Shown piece by piece: positions 35,901 to 45,271 of a stretch of DNA of 64,000 nucleotides. The stretch lies in IMG/VR virus record IMGVR_UViG_3300045988_129166. One strand, given 5' to 3'. This stretch comes from a virus. Both the position numbers and the translations under genes were made by a program. The first letter of the stretch is position 1, and the number at the start of each line of letters is the position of its first letter. The notes beneath the pieces were generated by a model. It was not told where the DNA came from and did not search any database. It saw only the letters and a list, made by a program, of their open reading frames with translations.

Positions 35901-38900
35901 TTCCAAAACCGATCGTTAAATGACAGGTGCCCTCCCAACATAAGTGTCTTCAGCGCAGCTTCTCCTCCTGACTCGATTTGAATCGTTCTCAATTTTTGTA
36001 AAAACGATTCTGATACGGCATTAGTGACATTATTTGATTCTTTTCTCCAAACTTCATTTATGGCTTGTATTTCTTTAGCCATCTTAAGCTGGTCTCCGGT
36101 TTTTTCAACACGTCTGGTACCAACATATATGTATTCCGAAGCTGCTTCCTTACGTTGTTTACGAAGCAGTCCTTCTTCTTCGTAGTTACTACTCTTATAG
36201 TAAGCAACCTCATCAAAATTACCACCGCTATCAATAAAAGGCTGCCTCAATATCCGTTTTTGCCGGGAAAGAGCATTAAGATACTCTTTAGTTGTTTGAG
36301 AAACCGGATGCCCTAATTCTTCTTCGGCCTTTTTGTATATGGATTCCATTCTTGTGGCATAACTTTCACTAAATTCCAGTTCCGAATTTTCAGCATCCCA
36401 CTTTTCCATCTGCTCCGTATAGATCTTTTCCTGCTCGATGGTAAAAATATCGGTATTAACCCTGTCAGACGATGGTTTAAATTTAGCGTTTTCAGTAACC
36501 GTATTTCCGTCCTTGTCAACTACTTCTCTTTTAAATACGTAATTACGATTATTGTCAACCACATCATTGATTTCTTCTTCTGATATTTCTATGTTCATAG
36601 CAGTAGCAAACGCACGCATCTGTGCCAACTTCTTATTACGATCATATTTAGCCATATCAAGAGCACTACGAAGGTAATTAGAAGTTTTGCCGTCTACTTT
36701 CTGAAGCAGTTTTTCAAATTCAGATTTGTTAAAACCATGCTTTTTAGCATATGCCAGGAAGTCGGATATGGCGGGCTGGGCATTCACCATCGCATTGTAA
36801 TTGTCTTTGGCAATCATAGCTCCAAGAGCGTTATTGAACGGACTGGAAGAATGCTCTAATATACCGAACCACCTACTTATCCAAGAAACATCGTGTTGAA
36901 CCTTGTCAAAAAATTCTTTTACTCTCTTTACCTTATCTGCCGGCACATGAAGTTCGTTCATTAACTTATCAAGCAACGTACTTTCATCAAGGTCTTGTAC
37001 TGATTTAATATCAGACTGAATACCATTGATGTCGGCAATGACGGTATTGATCCTATTTGTATAATCCTGCTTTTCACGTTCATCAAATTCGGTACTTCTG
37101 TTACGGATATATCCTCGAAGATCGTTCATGATCGGAAGAACCTGATTGTTGATAATATCTACGTTCTTTCGATCATTGGTATTGAAGTGAAGCTTACCGT
37201 CTTTGGTATCACCATGAAGGATGGTGTTCACCACATTACTTAAGTATCTGACCTGAGCTTCGGCTGTGGAGATCATGCTGTTCATGGCAGCCGCCATCTC
37301 ATTCTTGTCTATTTCGGTCTCTACTTTATTTATCTTATCTTCTATGGTCTTAAGCTGCGCAAGGGTCATAGACGTAGTTACAGCCCTATCAGAGCTTATC
37401 TGACGTAAGTCTCTTAATGTTTTCCTTAATGCCCGGATTTTAGACTCAAGAAACTTGTTCTTGTTCATAGAAGAAAGGGAATATAATGTAAAGTCATTAT
37501 CCTTTAACAGAGAGGTATCAAATCCTTTATCTATGTCAGTAATGGCAAGATCACGAATGTTTTTAATAACGTTATTCAAATCTTGTCTTTGAGTAGATAA
37601 AGCTGATTTAAGCCAACTTACTATTCCAGAGAGAAGCTGCCGGACGCGCCCCAGGAAGGAGGTGGGCTCTACCGGCGCCTGTGCTGTTCCGGTCTGCATC
37701 TCCCTGGCGAGGATCTTTCCAAGAATTTCTCTCCTAACCGCATTATCAAGCTCAGCTCCCTCATATACCTTACCGTATGTATTATAATACTGACCTGCAT
37801 ACTGGTTCCACTCCTCTGTGCCTTCTACGTCTTGCAAAACATCCTCAACAGCATTCTGATCTCTGTATGCCTCTACAAGGAAGTGGGATGTTTCTTCTAC
37901 TAAATCAGATAAAGTAGCATCTTCACCAACTGCTATTACGTTATTGGCAATATCCGCCAATGCCTTAGCAGAAGGTTCGTGCCCGTATTTGGTTTGGTAC
38001 TTCTCTATATAGTCGGTCATACCTATGACACTAACGCCCAGCGTTTTTAATATCTCTACAATAGAATTTCGTTGGTCACGTTCCTGCCTGCTATAATCCG
38101 ATACGATCTTAGCTTTAGCATCAGCATAAAGATCGTTGTCTTCTAATATGAATGAAACTACAAGCGCATCAAAATGATCGTACTTAGCATCCAATTCATT
38201 GTATCTTCCTGACTTGAGATCGTTCTTTATCTGCTCCTTGCTAACCCTCTCCGTTCCTCCGGTAGCGAGCCTCATAGTTACCTTACTATTATCCAACGAG
38301 CTTATGGTTATCATACCTTGGTCGTTCATGGAAACATCGGAACCAAAATGATTACGGAGCTCGGTGTAGGATAATGCTGAATTGAAAAGTCTAATTTGTC
38401 CTGTATGTCCTTCTCCTGTAAGATAATAGCTCCTTGTTTCAGGATCGAATATCTTGGATCCGGACAAAAGACCTTTCTTTATAAGGTAGTTAATTATCCC
38501 GCCTTTCGTTGATAAAGAAGTAGAAGCAGAAGCGGTCATGACCGGTATAAAAGACTTGGGATTATTAAGAACATACTTTCCAGCCTTGTAAGTAATGTCT
38601 GCCACGCCATCCACGGTAGATTCTTGAACGGTGCCGGATAAGAATCCTATTCTAATATCATTCCCGCCAGAGCGAAGAGCTTCTCCGTAATCTTCAAATA
38701 ATTGACTACGATCGTTCATGAAAAACAAACGAGGCTCTCCGGTCTGATACGTTACACCCACAGGATTAGAATCTGTCTGTGGTAACTCTTCTGGGCTAAA
38801 TATCTTAAGACCGTCTTTTATAACCATATAATTAACACCCTTATCCTGTACCATAGATACGGGGGTGAAGTCCGAAGATATAGTATCTTGTAGATACTGA

Positions 38901-39355
38901 CCGGCGTCTATTCCAGGTCCTTCCGGTACGGAAATACTTGACGGAACCATAGCATCCACCAACATAATATTATCACCCAGATCTTGGCTGTAGAATCCAA
39001 AGCCCGATTCTCGGATTTCATAAGGTGCATCTGATTTTGACACAAGAACAGGATTACTCATCTTAGAAGCCTTATCCAGCACCCTTTCTCTATAGGCTTC
39101 CGGAATAAGATCGATGTTGGATTTTACCTTATTATAAGCCGGTTTGTTGATAGGCACTCTCTTTCTCCAGTCGCCAAAAGCCTTTAAGAACTTATTAGAA
39201 AATACGGTTTTAAAAACAGTAGTAGCCCGCTCCCTATTTTCCATAAGAGGAATAGATGCTATTTTATCAAACAACATAGACCTGTCCCCTGATCTGGTAG
39301 AGACAGAAACAACTTTCTTTTTATTATCTCTTTTAATAATACACGTTGACGCCAT
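32933..39355 (-). CDS. Giant virion-associated protein (2140 aa); putative structural/ejection or tail-associated protein
   Basis: Uninterrupted 6.4-kb ORF; coiled-coil-rich; no enzymatic motif recognised (a DADGN motif is present but not DxDGD). Confidence 0.9.
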   Translation of the reverse strand: MASTCIIKRDNKKKVVSVSTRSGDRSMLFDKIASIPLMENRERATTVFKTVFSNKFLKAFGDWRKRVPINKPAYNKVKSNIDLIPEAYRERVLDKASKMSNPVLVSKSDAPYEIRESGFGFYSQDLGDNIMLVDAMVPSSISVPEGPGIDAGQYLQDTISSDFTPVSMVQDKGVNYMVIKDGLKIFSPEELPQTDSNPVGVTYQTGEPRLFFMNDRSQLFEDYGEALRSGGNDIRIGFLSGTVQESTVDGVADITYKAGKYVLNNPKSFIPVMTASASTSLSTKGGIINYLIKKGLLSGSKIFDPETRSYYLTGEGHTGQIRLFNSALSYTELRNHFGSDVSMNDQGMITISSLDNSKVTMRLATGGTERVSKEQIKNDLKSGRYNELDAKYDHFDALVVSFILEDNDLYADAKAKIVSDYSRQERDQRNSIVEILKTLGVSVIGMTDYIEKYQTKYGHEPSAKALADIANNVIAVGEDATLSDLVEETSHFLVEAYRDQNAVEDVLQDVEGTEEWNQYAGQYYNTYGKVYEGAELDNAVRREILGKILAREMQTGTAQAPVEPTSFLGRVRQLLSGIVSWLKSALSTQRQDLNNVIKNIRDLAITDIDKGFDTSLLKDNDFTLYSLSSMNKNKFLESKIRALRKTLRDLRQISSDRAVTTSMTLAQLKTIEDKINKVETEIDKNEMAAAMNSMISTAEAQVRYLSNVVNTILHGDTKDGKLHFNTNDRKNVDIINNQVLPIMNDLRGYIRNRSTEFDEREKQDYTNRINTVIADINGIQSDIKSVQDLDESTLLDKLMNELHVPADKVKRVKEFFDKVQHDVSWISRWFGILEHSSSPFNNALGAMIAKDNYNAMVNAQPAISDFLAYAKKHGFNKSEFEKLLQKVDGKTSNYLRSALDMAKYDRNKKLAQMRAFATAMNIEISEEEINDVVDNNRNYVFKREVVDKDGNTVTENAKFKPSSDRVNTDIFTIEQEKIYTEQMEKWDAENSELEFSESYATRMESIYKKAEEELGHPVSQTTKEYLNALSRQKRILRQPFIDSGGNFDEVAYYKSSNYEEEGLLRKQRKEAASEYIYVGTRRVEKTGDQLKMAKEIQAINEVWRKESNNVTNAVSESFLQKLRTIQIESGGEAALKTLMLGGHLSFNDRFWNDIESEQSARTESNNKASYLKMAQDIISSTTSDRDATDVDSIVKDIEKNKAIIKEIIGNNRDVADIGEINEATFTSSERDAFRAASEAIEADYAILIDYAKMVGLEDIDKYLTKSSKAENEVNQSYLNALADSKEVEWKFVQRHTTAKKAKRIQALRDKLFKAADNRYLFTVSETNYLSEKLGISKELDGRDFRNAVNAKMASLFLNNTREEGIEEANAIVNEFARSQVFSYYKRMAPTGYAAMIDKIGRGEIDVAQMVKDVQNGTSTQDYGMDISYLSFDPARAWVAESEAENSDRNPDYVKDHGYGHRMPKKSLYRDESYFNDFGIKYDADGNEVATKNVEQWNMIQKLKEIKRQSLDLYKEQSPNLYAIPQISKQDIERIEGLGISLKSTVRNFVSDLCLDRVDDSLYGKTRQGEVYDPEDRVRSIPKYYIYELENQDDVSHDFGYSYSMLMMQSSLYNEKQKSIELAQGLEQMLLNKQFEGGKKAEATQAYQMFRDFFNDHYYGIRMNTKKLTVNIGGYTVDLTRIMMAVERFMSVMNLALSPFVAATGALTGHINLIMESAVGQYISKDSLKYASAEFSRLAPSCIAETGDIDRKSKLYVIGERMGIFNIRNRMYGAGYNRVARTLMRSPMYAFMEILNYPLDPQVMIATMDNVRYYKGRFYTFQDFKMEKERNKEQSTIKREWNALKDRTLWSMVDVVDGKVVVKPGSGVTAEEVETQMAITRNQVRSLSQICNGSLNEENRTAASRNWIARFMTAHRGWLVLAAQRLWKRRGFNFQTMQEEEGLSITLKNMIAKTFSLASESGMKNIIDAWNENKDNMNEVEKTNLKRLSVYAGTFLIMQAVSMLLAGWRDDDENEESWLTQFGSYVGFRTINEIASQMPFIMELNVVDIINDPFVMGRKLKDLTDLRNYSLDKVTSGTYKGESKLFRQLAKQTFIKQWYNIKTPEDVARAYNWWQQTNNKSMMFFIGATPDSEGDDDVSYK

Positions 39356-39495
39356 AAGAATTTATTTTGTTTTGACACAAAGGTAATTAAAAATCAGGCA
39401 CATGATAAAAACAAAGCCGTCTAACTTCCCAGTCTGACGGCTTAATATACATATGAAAAAATAATTATAATCTGACGTAAATCGTCAAGTTACGC

Positions 39496-39852
39496 TTACG
39501 CATTATATTTGTACCCATTTCTATGAATAAACCTTCCTGATTCGAACCTTTCCACATCATCCGGTCCAATAGGTCCGCAGTCTTCCCTCCTTGCCTCATA
39601 CCACAGCCCCGGCTTACGGAGCCGGCAGGTTATGACGTATTTAAAGCAGTTGTGAGTAAAATGGAATACGGAGCCTACTGGGAAATACCTGGTAGTTTGA
39701 AACACTATTCTTTTTCGTTTAGTATCAAACACTATATCTCCTACTACCTTAGTCACGTAATAGCTTATGCCATTTAACGTTTCATCTGTTTGTGGTATCC
39801 AATAATAACCTTTTGCCATGCCACAAATATACGAAAAAGTCGGATAACTCAC
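39496..39852 (-). CDS. Hypothetical protein
   Basis: 118-aa ORF in the minus-strand small-gene array. Confidence 0.55.
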   Translation of the reverse strand: MSYPTFSYICGMAKGYYWIPQTDETLNGISYYVTKVVGDIVFDTKRKRIVFQTTRYFPVGSVFHFTHNCFKYVITCRLRKPGLWYEARREDCGPIGPDDVERFESGRFIHRNGYKYNA

Positions 39853-40169
39853 GTACCCGACTTCATTATTTGTTTAAACATACCAATTCCGTTTATTACA
39901 ATATGACCGCTTCGCATACGACCATTATTATGATTGTGTAGAAAATTGAAACCACTTTCTTTTTCCTGTCTTTCAAAAGAACTAATATCCTTTCCTCTAC
40001 GAGCTCTTCCAAAAGCTTTCTTGAACAACTTGCCTCTAAAGGTCTTGACGAGGATCTTGGTAGCGTTATTGCCGGCTTTTACCATTGTTTTCCTTGTCTG
40101 GTCCTCCGAGACAAAACTGCTTCGGAAAACATACGATGCTGCTGCTTGTATATCTTGTTTAGTCATCAT
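39849..40169 (-). CDS. Hypothetical basic protein
   Basis: 106 aa with ATGA coupling. Confidence 0.55.
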   Translation of the reverse strand: MMTKQDIQAAASYVFRSSFVSEDQTRKTMVKAGNNATKILVKTFRGKLFKKAFGRARRGKDISSFERQEKESGFNFLHNHNNGRMRSGHIVINGIGMFKQIMKSGT

Positions 40170-40519
40170 ATGCCAAACATTCCTTTCAGAATACTGATCT
40201 TTATTCCGTATATCAATTTCATCTCATCTCTATCATATACGCCAAAAAAGGATTCACTGGGATCCTTTGGATTTACGCTCAGTTGAATTATACAATTGTA
40301 AAGATAGACCTTAAGTTCATAATTATCAGAGTATCTATCCCGTATGGTTTCAAATGTCTTAATTAATTCTTCAACAAGTACTCTGCTGAATGAAAAAGGT
40401 TCTCTACAATTACCTTTAAATATGATATGATTTAAATCATTGGTATTATCAAATTCGTACTCTACCCGACTGTCGTCCATCATATCATAAGTGATTGACT
40501 TTTTGATTTTAAACCCCAT
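40166..40519 (-). CDS. Hypothetical protein
   Basis: 117 aa. Confidence 0.55.
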   Translation of the reverse strand: MGFKIKKSITYDMMDDSRVEYEFDNTNDLNHIIFKGNCREPFSFSRVLVEELIKTFETIRDRYSDNYELKVYLYNCIIQLSVNPKDPSESFFGVYDRDEMKLIYGIKISILKGMFGI

Positions 40520-40536
40520 GTTGTTTTGTTTTTTAG

Positions 40537-40842
40537 TTAATATAGATCTTCTGAATACAATTGTTCTCTAATGGCACTCCTATCTACTACCATTTCCTGA
40601 TTATTGCTCTTAACAAGAGCAGATGCCTCCTCTCTTGTTAGAAACCGATTCTTGCTTGTCAAAAATCCTTGAACACTGCGGTTTTTATGGGCTATTCCGT
40701 ATGCCGCAAGTTGCGATATTATGGAACAGTGTCTCAATCCACAAAATACGGTTCCAGATGGTATATTTACTGGACCGTGAGGCTTGTTCTTGTGATCTTG
40801 AACCCATATAGCTGCACATACAACAATTTCCTTATCACACAT
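40537..40842 (-). CDS. Hypothetical protein
   Basis: 101 aa. Confidence 0.5.
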   Translation of the reverse strand: MCDKEIVVCAAIWVQDHKNKPHGPVNIPSGTVFCGLRHCSIISQLAAYGIAHKNRSVQGFLTSKNRFLTREEASALVKSNNQEMVVDRSAIREQLYSEDLY

Positions 40843-40937
40843 AATTTACATATTTAAAATACCGTTTTTACCAATATGCTTCTTTTCTTCTTCAGTAGGC
40901 CATTCTTTCTTGAACTTACCATGCCACGTTCCAGGAA

Positions 40938-41135
40938 CTACCACCACTTGGCCCCCTTACTATATTCAATAGCGGCACATTCAGAACAAAGAGGCTTGCC
41001 TTCATATCCCTTTAGCGACTTATCGTAAATACGATTCTTACAAGGTCTTATAAGAGCCCAGTAATATGATGTGGCTGTATTATCTATACAGCCACATTTT
41101 GAACAAACAAACAAACTCATCCCGCAATCTCCCAA
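40938..41135 (-). CDS. Small Cys-rich zinc-ribbon-like protein
   Basis: CSKCGC...CKN...CSECA. Confidence 0.5.
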   Translation of the reverse strand: MGDCGMSLFVCSKCGCIDNTATSYYWALIRPCKNRIYDKSLKGYEGKPLCSECAAIEYSKGAKWW

Positions 41136-41842
41136 TCATTCGACATAATATCATGTTCGGTTGGATTCCAATTTGATGCTACTTTTTGACCTGTATCTAC
41201 CATCAATATATTTACGTCAGATTCTACAATAAACATACAGATATACTTTTTACCCCAATCGATTCTTTTTATCTTACGACCTAATTTAAGCTGTTCTAAA
41301 GCCTGTTCGAATGTCATGCCACGACGAGGCAGTTTGAGATACTTTTCAAGTCTGTCGGCAGCTTCATTTGGTGTATGGCCATCGTATTCGAAAGCGGTTT
41401 CTCTTTCAGGAACATCAAACAAATCCCAGTATTTGCTTTCATAGTGATTAGATACCTGACCGGTAGGTAGGATCGCCATCACAATAAACCAATCATCAGA
41501 ACCGAAGCATTTTTCTCCGTCGCTGTGTCTCCTTGATTTGCAAACTTCAACCTGTCCGCTTCTGGCTAATAGATTAAAGAAGGCAGCGTTATACAACATG
41601 CGATACCTATACAATTCATTGAAAGTGTGGTATCCGTCAGAGACTTCTCCCACGTCTACAGGCTTCTTGTTTTGAATACTACCCAAAATATTCTCTATAT
41701 AGAGCTGTATTTTATACATACCCATTTCGGTGTGGCCGTATTTGTTCAAGATATTATTGACATCGTATTGTATATTAAAATCTTTTTCAAATTCTACTTC
41801 AGGATGATTAGGATAGAAGTAGTCCACTGATGCTTCTAACAC
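41117..41842 (-). CDS. Hypothetical protein (241 aa)
   Basis: Long ORF; no motif recognised. Confidence 0.65.
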   Translation of the reverse strand: MLEASVDYFYPNHPEVEFEKDFNIQYDVNNILNKYGHTEMGMYKIQLYIENILGSIQNKKPVDVGEVSDGYHTFNELYRYRMLYNAAFFNLLARSGQVEVCKSRRHSDGEKCFGSDDWFIVMAILPTGQVSNHYESKYWDLFDVPERETAFEYDGHTPNEAADRLEKYLKLPRRGMTFEQALEQLKLGRKIKRIDWGKKYICMFIVESDVNILMVDTGQKVASNWNPTEHDIMSNDWEIAG

Positions 41843-41859
41843 TGACTTTACGTGTTCTA

Positions 41860-41991
41860 TTATCCTCGCAACATCATCATGTTTAAAAAATGCTTAAATC
41901 TTTCAACGAATTTAATATCTTCGTTGATTGCTGATTCGAACTCTTCTTTTGTCATTACTCTAACCACATCTTTAAAATCTTTTAATTCCAT
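41860..41991 (-). CDS. Candidate small ORF (43 aa)
   Basis: Fills the gap between 41842 and 42015 on the coding strand. The track's plus-strand ORF 41852..42109 is antisense and unlikely. Confidence 0.35.
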   Translation of the reverse strand: MELKDFKDVVRVMTKEEFESAINEDIKFVERFKHFLNMMMLRG

Positions 41992-42014
41992 GATTTGTTT
42001 TAAATTAATTGTTA

Positions 42015-42650
42015 CTATACTTTCTTTATCCTACAATACAAACCCCACAAAAACTCAGCGGAGAAACTATCCCATACATTATTCTTCTGCCAAAGTTCTA
42101 CTTTGTTAACAAACCAAGACCATATGGGACCCTCATATGAAGAATCAGATGATGATCCCAATCCGATTTTCTCCATTTCATTCGCCACATCAGAATAAGG
42201 ATCTAAATCGACTCCCCTAATCATGTTAATAATATCATCCTTGTCTAACGTAAATTGAAACCGCTCCTTGTTAGTAGGCGGATCTTGATTCAATTTACCA
42301 GTCGCAAGCCATTCTCCATCATGATACAATTCGGCAAGTTTCTTTACCTTATTTTTAAGAAAAGAATACTCTTGTATAACTTCCATAAAGTCAGTTTCGT
42401 TAGCTTTACCCTCTATGAAGATAACGGTTTTGCTTCCAGGTCTATGATCGTCTAAGCTTGCCGGGATTCCTAATATCGTCCATCCTTTAAACTCAGCTAT
42501 CTTAAAACGCATGACATCAAACACCTTATAGAAATCATCACAATCTACAGATTCTATTACCTTAATATCCTCTTCTGTGAATTTACCTCGTATTGGAATA
42601 ACGTGATGACCAGGGCAGCCATCGGTTCCGAAATATGCGATTCTAACCAT
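42015..42650 (-). CDS. Hypothetical protein (211 aa)
   Basis: ORF in array. Confidence 0.65.
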   Translation of the reverse strand: MVRIAYFGTDGCPGHHVIPIRGKFTEEDIKVIESVDCDDFYKVFDVMRFKIAEFKGWTILGIPASLDDHRPGSKTVIFIEGKANETDFMEVIQEYSFLKNKVKKLAELYHDGEWLATGKLNQDPPTNKERFQFTLDKDDIINMIRGVDLDPYSDVANEMEKIGLGSSSDSSYEGPIWSWFVNKVELWQKNNVWDSFSAEFLWGLYCRIKKV

Positions 42651-42651
42651 A

Positions 42652-42855
42652 TTATATATAATATTTTAGTTGTTCTGAAATCCTATACTTACTTATATCA
42701 TCGCACAGGTTACACCCTCCTGTACATCCACAAACCGAACAATACGAGTCTCTTTCTGCCTTCGATCTGGATTGAAAATCTCTTACGGCCTTAATCCATG
42801 TAGGAGAAACAATCTTACCGGAAAATACAGGTACATTTAAGATTAATATTTTCAT
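42652..42855 (-). CDS. Small Cys-cluster protein (start trimmed to MKILILN)
   Basis: CSVCGCTGGCNLC cluster. Confidence 0.5.
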   Translation of the reverse strand: MKILILNVPVFSGKIVSPTWIKAVRDFQSRSKAERDSYCSVCGCTGGCNLCDDISKYRISEQLKYYI

Positions 42856-43070
42856 GATTTTGGCAAAATATTTATATAACACGGTACCTCTACCACATCT
42901 CTTCTACGAAGTCCCTTATCAAAATAGGAAACCATATAAGTGTTTTTACCTTCGTGATCAGGTCTGGGATCAAAGCATTCAAAAACGAATCTTGTTCTAC
43001 CTTCAAGATGACCAAACATGAAAACAAATTCACCACCGTATCTTTTACTAACTAACTCTTCTACGGTCAT
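42852..43070 (-). CDS. Hypothetical protein
   Basis: 72 aa; ATGA coupling. Confidence 0.5.
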   Translation of the reverse strand: MTVEELVSKRYGGEFVFMFGHLEGRTRFVFECFDPRPDHEGKNTYMVSYFDKGLRRRDVVEVPCYINILPKS

Positions 43071-43294
43071 AATCTATCTCCTCCCAATCCTGAATTGATA
43101 CTCACATACTTAACACGGACACCATTTCCACGTCCAAGCTGACCCCAGCCGGGCGATGGCGTTCCCTTGGCCGGAGCAGGGACAGCCCTAAGCCGAGACC
43201 AGTCCTGCTTTTGCCTCATGGCTTCAGCCTCTTTGTAATACCGGTTACACAGTTCTTGATCTTCGTAACCAATGTAATCTTCCTTATTTTCCAT
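43067..43294 (-). CDS. Hypothetical protein
   Basis: 75 aa. Confidence 0.5.
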   Translation of the reverse strand: MENKEDYIGYEDQELCNRYYKEAEAMRQKQDWSRLRAVPAPAKGTPSPGWGQLGRGNGVRVKYVSINSGLGGDRL

Positions 43295-43325
43295 ATAGAA
43301 TAGTTTTTCAACAAATGTACGACAT

Positions 43326-43601
43326 TCATAAATTAATTAGATTTAAAATAAAACAATATGAATTAAAATAAAAACCCGATACGTTAAAATCGCATCGGGC
43401 CTGGTATTGAAAAAAATAGATAGTGAGCTCTACCGTCAGATCCACCACGCGGGTCTGCATCGCCTGATACTGACCTGGCTGAGGAGGAAGATACCTGGGT
43501 TCGGATACGGCTACTACCTTTCCCAATTCGTATTTAGGTACTGTATTAGTATCAAGGGTATGTACCTGAAACCCTTTCTTCAAATCTGAAAACATGATCA
43601 A
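43326..43601 (-). CDS. Hypothetical protein
   Basis: 91 aa. Confidence 0.5.
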   Translation of the reverse strand: MIMFSDLKKGFQVHTLDTNTVPKYELGKVVAVSEPRYLPPQPGQYQAMQTRVVDLTVELTIYFFQYQARCDFNVSGFYFNSYCFILNLINL

Positions 43602-43651
43602 AATATTAGTTAGGTGAAAATAGGGTGATGATCTTCATCACCCTACTGAAA

Positions 43652-44065
43652 TCATTTACCTGCTTTAACTTCAGACGCCTGGGCTGTTGTTGTCGGAACA
43701 CAACAATCCATTAATCTTAACACGCCACGAACTTTATTGAAGTACAGAAGGCGTTCTGTGCCATTTACCATAGCAGCACCCGTGACAGCTACGTTAATAG
43801 GGTTCACGACATTCACTCCCGTAACAGGGCAACAGGTGTCGGCTCCTACTGTTGAAACTGTGCTGTTTGCCGGGACCGCAATCTGTACCGGTAGAGCACT
43901 TCCGGCTGTGGGGACTACTTGCCTTATCTTAAGAAGGATAAGACCCTCACACGGAAGGGCGATCCAGGCCCGTGGGTTAATACCGAAGACTGTATTTGTC
44001 GTACTGACAATAACATTCTTCGTAACCATCTCATACAACGATCCTATTTTAGAAACACAAGCCAT
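43652..44065 (-). CDS. Hypothetical protein with paired-Cys (CC) motifs
   Basis: 137 aa; DTCCPVTG and LMDCCVPT. Confidence 0.5.
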   Translation of the reverse strand: MACVSKIGSLYEMVTKNVIVSTTNTVFGINPRAWIALPCEGLILLKIRQVVPTAGSALPVQIAVPANSTVSTVGADTCCPVTGVNVVNPINVAVTGAAMVNGTERLLYFNKVRGVLRLMDCCVPTTTAQASEVKAGK

Positions 44066-44088
44066 ATTAGCCTCCTTTCTTAATAAAA

Positions 44089-45096
44089 TCAGACAGCAGC
44101 GTTGTTATTGCAACATCCGTTGTTACATCCGCATCCGTTATTACAGCAACCTCCTCCGAATACCTGTCCCCAAGTATAAGCCTGGTAAGGAGAACAAGAG
44201 GGGTAGGCCGGGACGGCCGTCGGGCGTAATTGACCAACGATATTCTGGGTTTGTTGCTGAGATAATGCCGAAGCTGTCAAAGCCGCTTTTTCTTCACGAA
44301 GTTGAGCAATAGTGTTCTGCATCTCCCTCATTTCCAACTGACAGAATTTGTCGTTGATCATAACGGTTTGGGCGTCAAGTTTCGCAGACAAGATATTGAA
44401 TTGGCTTGTAGCTTGCTCACGATTGTTAGCCAGACCTTGGTTGAGACCGTTCTGCAAGATATTGGTTTGTTCCAACGTGCGAAGCTGGTTATCAAAACCT
44501 TGCTGAGTAATCATTCCCTGAGTCTGGCAAGTGCTTTGATTGATCAACGAACTCAAATTGCAGCAGCAAGAGCTGATTTGATTTCCTATTTCACAACCTT
44601 GTTGTTGAACTGCGTTGATAACAGCCTGAGAAGTCATACCTACCTGACCAGCTACTTTATCAATAGCACCCTGTACGTTGCAGATAGCGTTTTGAAGTTG
44701 AGTAGTAGAACAGTTCAAAGCAGAAGCAATCTGATCTATGGCGCTACGATTACCTTGAATTGCCTGCATCAAAAGTTCACGACCGTAATCGTTATTCAAC
44801 TGAGCCGGCAAACCATTGGCACAACAATCACCGCCATTTCCAAAACCGTTACCGAAGCCGCGTCCACCCCACAGCCAGAACAAAACAATTATCCAGAGCC
44901 ACCAACCGTTAGCCCCACCGAAACCGTCCTGGTTGTTACGACCGTTCATCAAAGCCGCCACCAGATTCGGATCCATTTTATTACCACCTATCAAATTAGC
45001 AAACATGCCGGGAATCATTGAAAGAAGACCGTTAGTGGCTGCACCACCACCGTTAGCCCCGGCTCCATCTAAAAGGACGATTTTATCACCACCCAT
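44089..45096 (-). CDS. Gly/Asn/Gln-rich membrane protein with Trp-rich TM helix and Cys/Gly/Asn-rich C-terminus (start uncertain, 45096 or 45153)
   Basis: GAGANGGGAATNG...WWLWIIVLFWLWGG...; Q/N-rich coiled region; C-terminus GGGCCNNGCGCNNGCCNNNAAV. Confidence 0.65.
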   Translation of the reverse strand: MGGDKIVLLDGAGANGGGAATNGLLSMIPGMFANLIGGNKMDPNLVAALMNGRNNQDGFGGANGWWLWIIVLFWLWGGRGFGNGFGNGGDCCANGLPAQLNNDYGRELLMQAIQGNRSAIDQIASALNCSTTQLQNAICNVQGAIDKVAGQVGMTSQAVINAVQQQGCEIGNQISSCCCNLSSLINQSTCQTQGMITQQGFDNQLRTLEQTNILQNGLNQGLANNREQATSQFNILSAKLDAQTVMINDKFCQLEMREMQNTIAQLREEKAALTASALSQQQTQNIVGQLRPTAVPAYPSCSPYQAYTWGQVFGGGCCNNGCGCNNGCCNNNAAV

Positions 45097-45209
45097 AATT
45101 TTATAGTATTTAATTGTTAAACATACGTGCATGAAGCACGTAACAAAGTTCATGATTGTAAGGTGGAATATAGGTGTGTTTATTTCTTATAGAAGAGAAA
45201 TATTTTCAG

Positions 45210-45260
45210 CAAAAACAGAAACAAAAAAGGTAGTGTTTTTTATTCTTTCAAAACACCACC
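45210..45260 (-). terminator. Rho-independent terminator after the Bro-N gene (minus strand)
   Basis: GGTAGTGTT/AACACCACC stem (8 of 9 bp), followed in minus sense by CUUUUUUGUUUCUGUUUUU. Confidence 0.45.
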
Positions 45261-45271
45261 TGTAAATAAAC

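Noticed and set aside
33408-36519. Numerous plus-strand ORFs of 60-120 aa inside the 2140-aa gene; likewise 50519..55642 inside the 2213-aa gene and 57387..61521 inside the 1014/952-aa genes.
   Set aside because: They are antisense or alternate-frame ORFs inside long, strongly supported genes, with low-complexity translations. They are six-frame artefacts.
41852-42109. Plus-strand 85-aa ORF in the minus-strand small-gene array.
   Set aside because: It is antisense to a compact, better-fitting minus-strand small ORF (41860..41991) and overlaps gene 42015..42650. Its translation is low-complexity.
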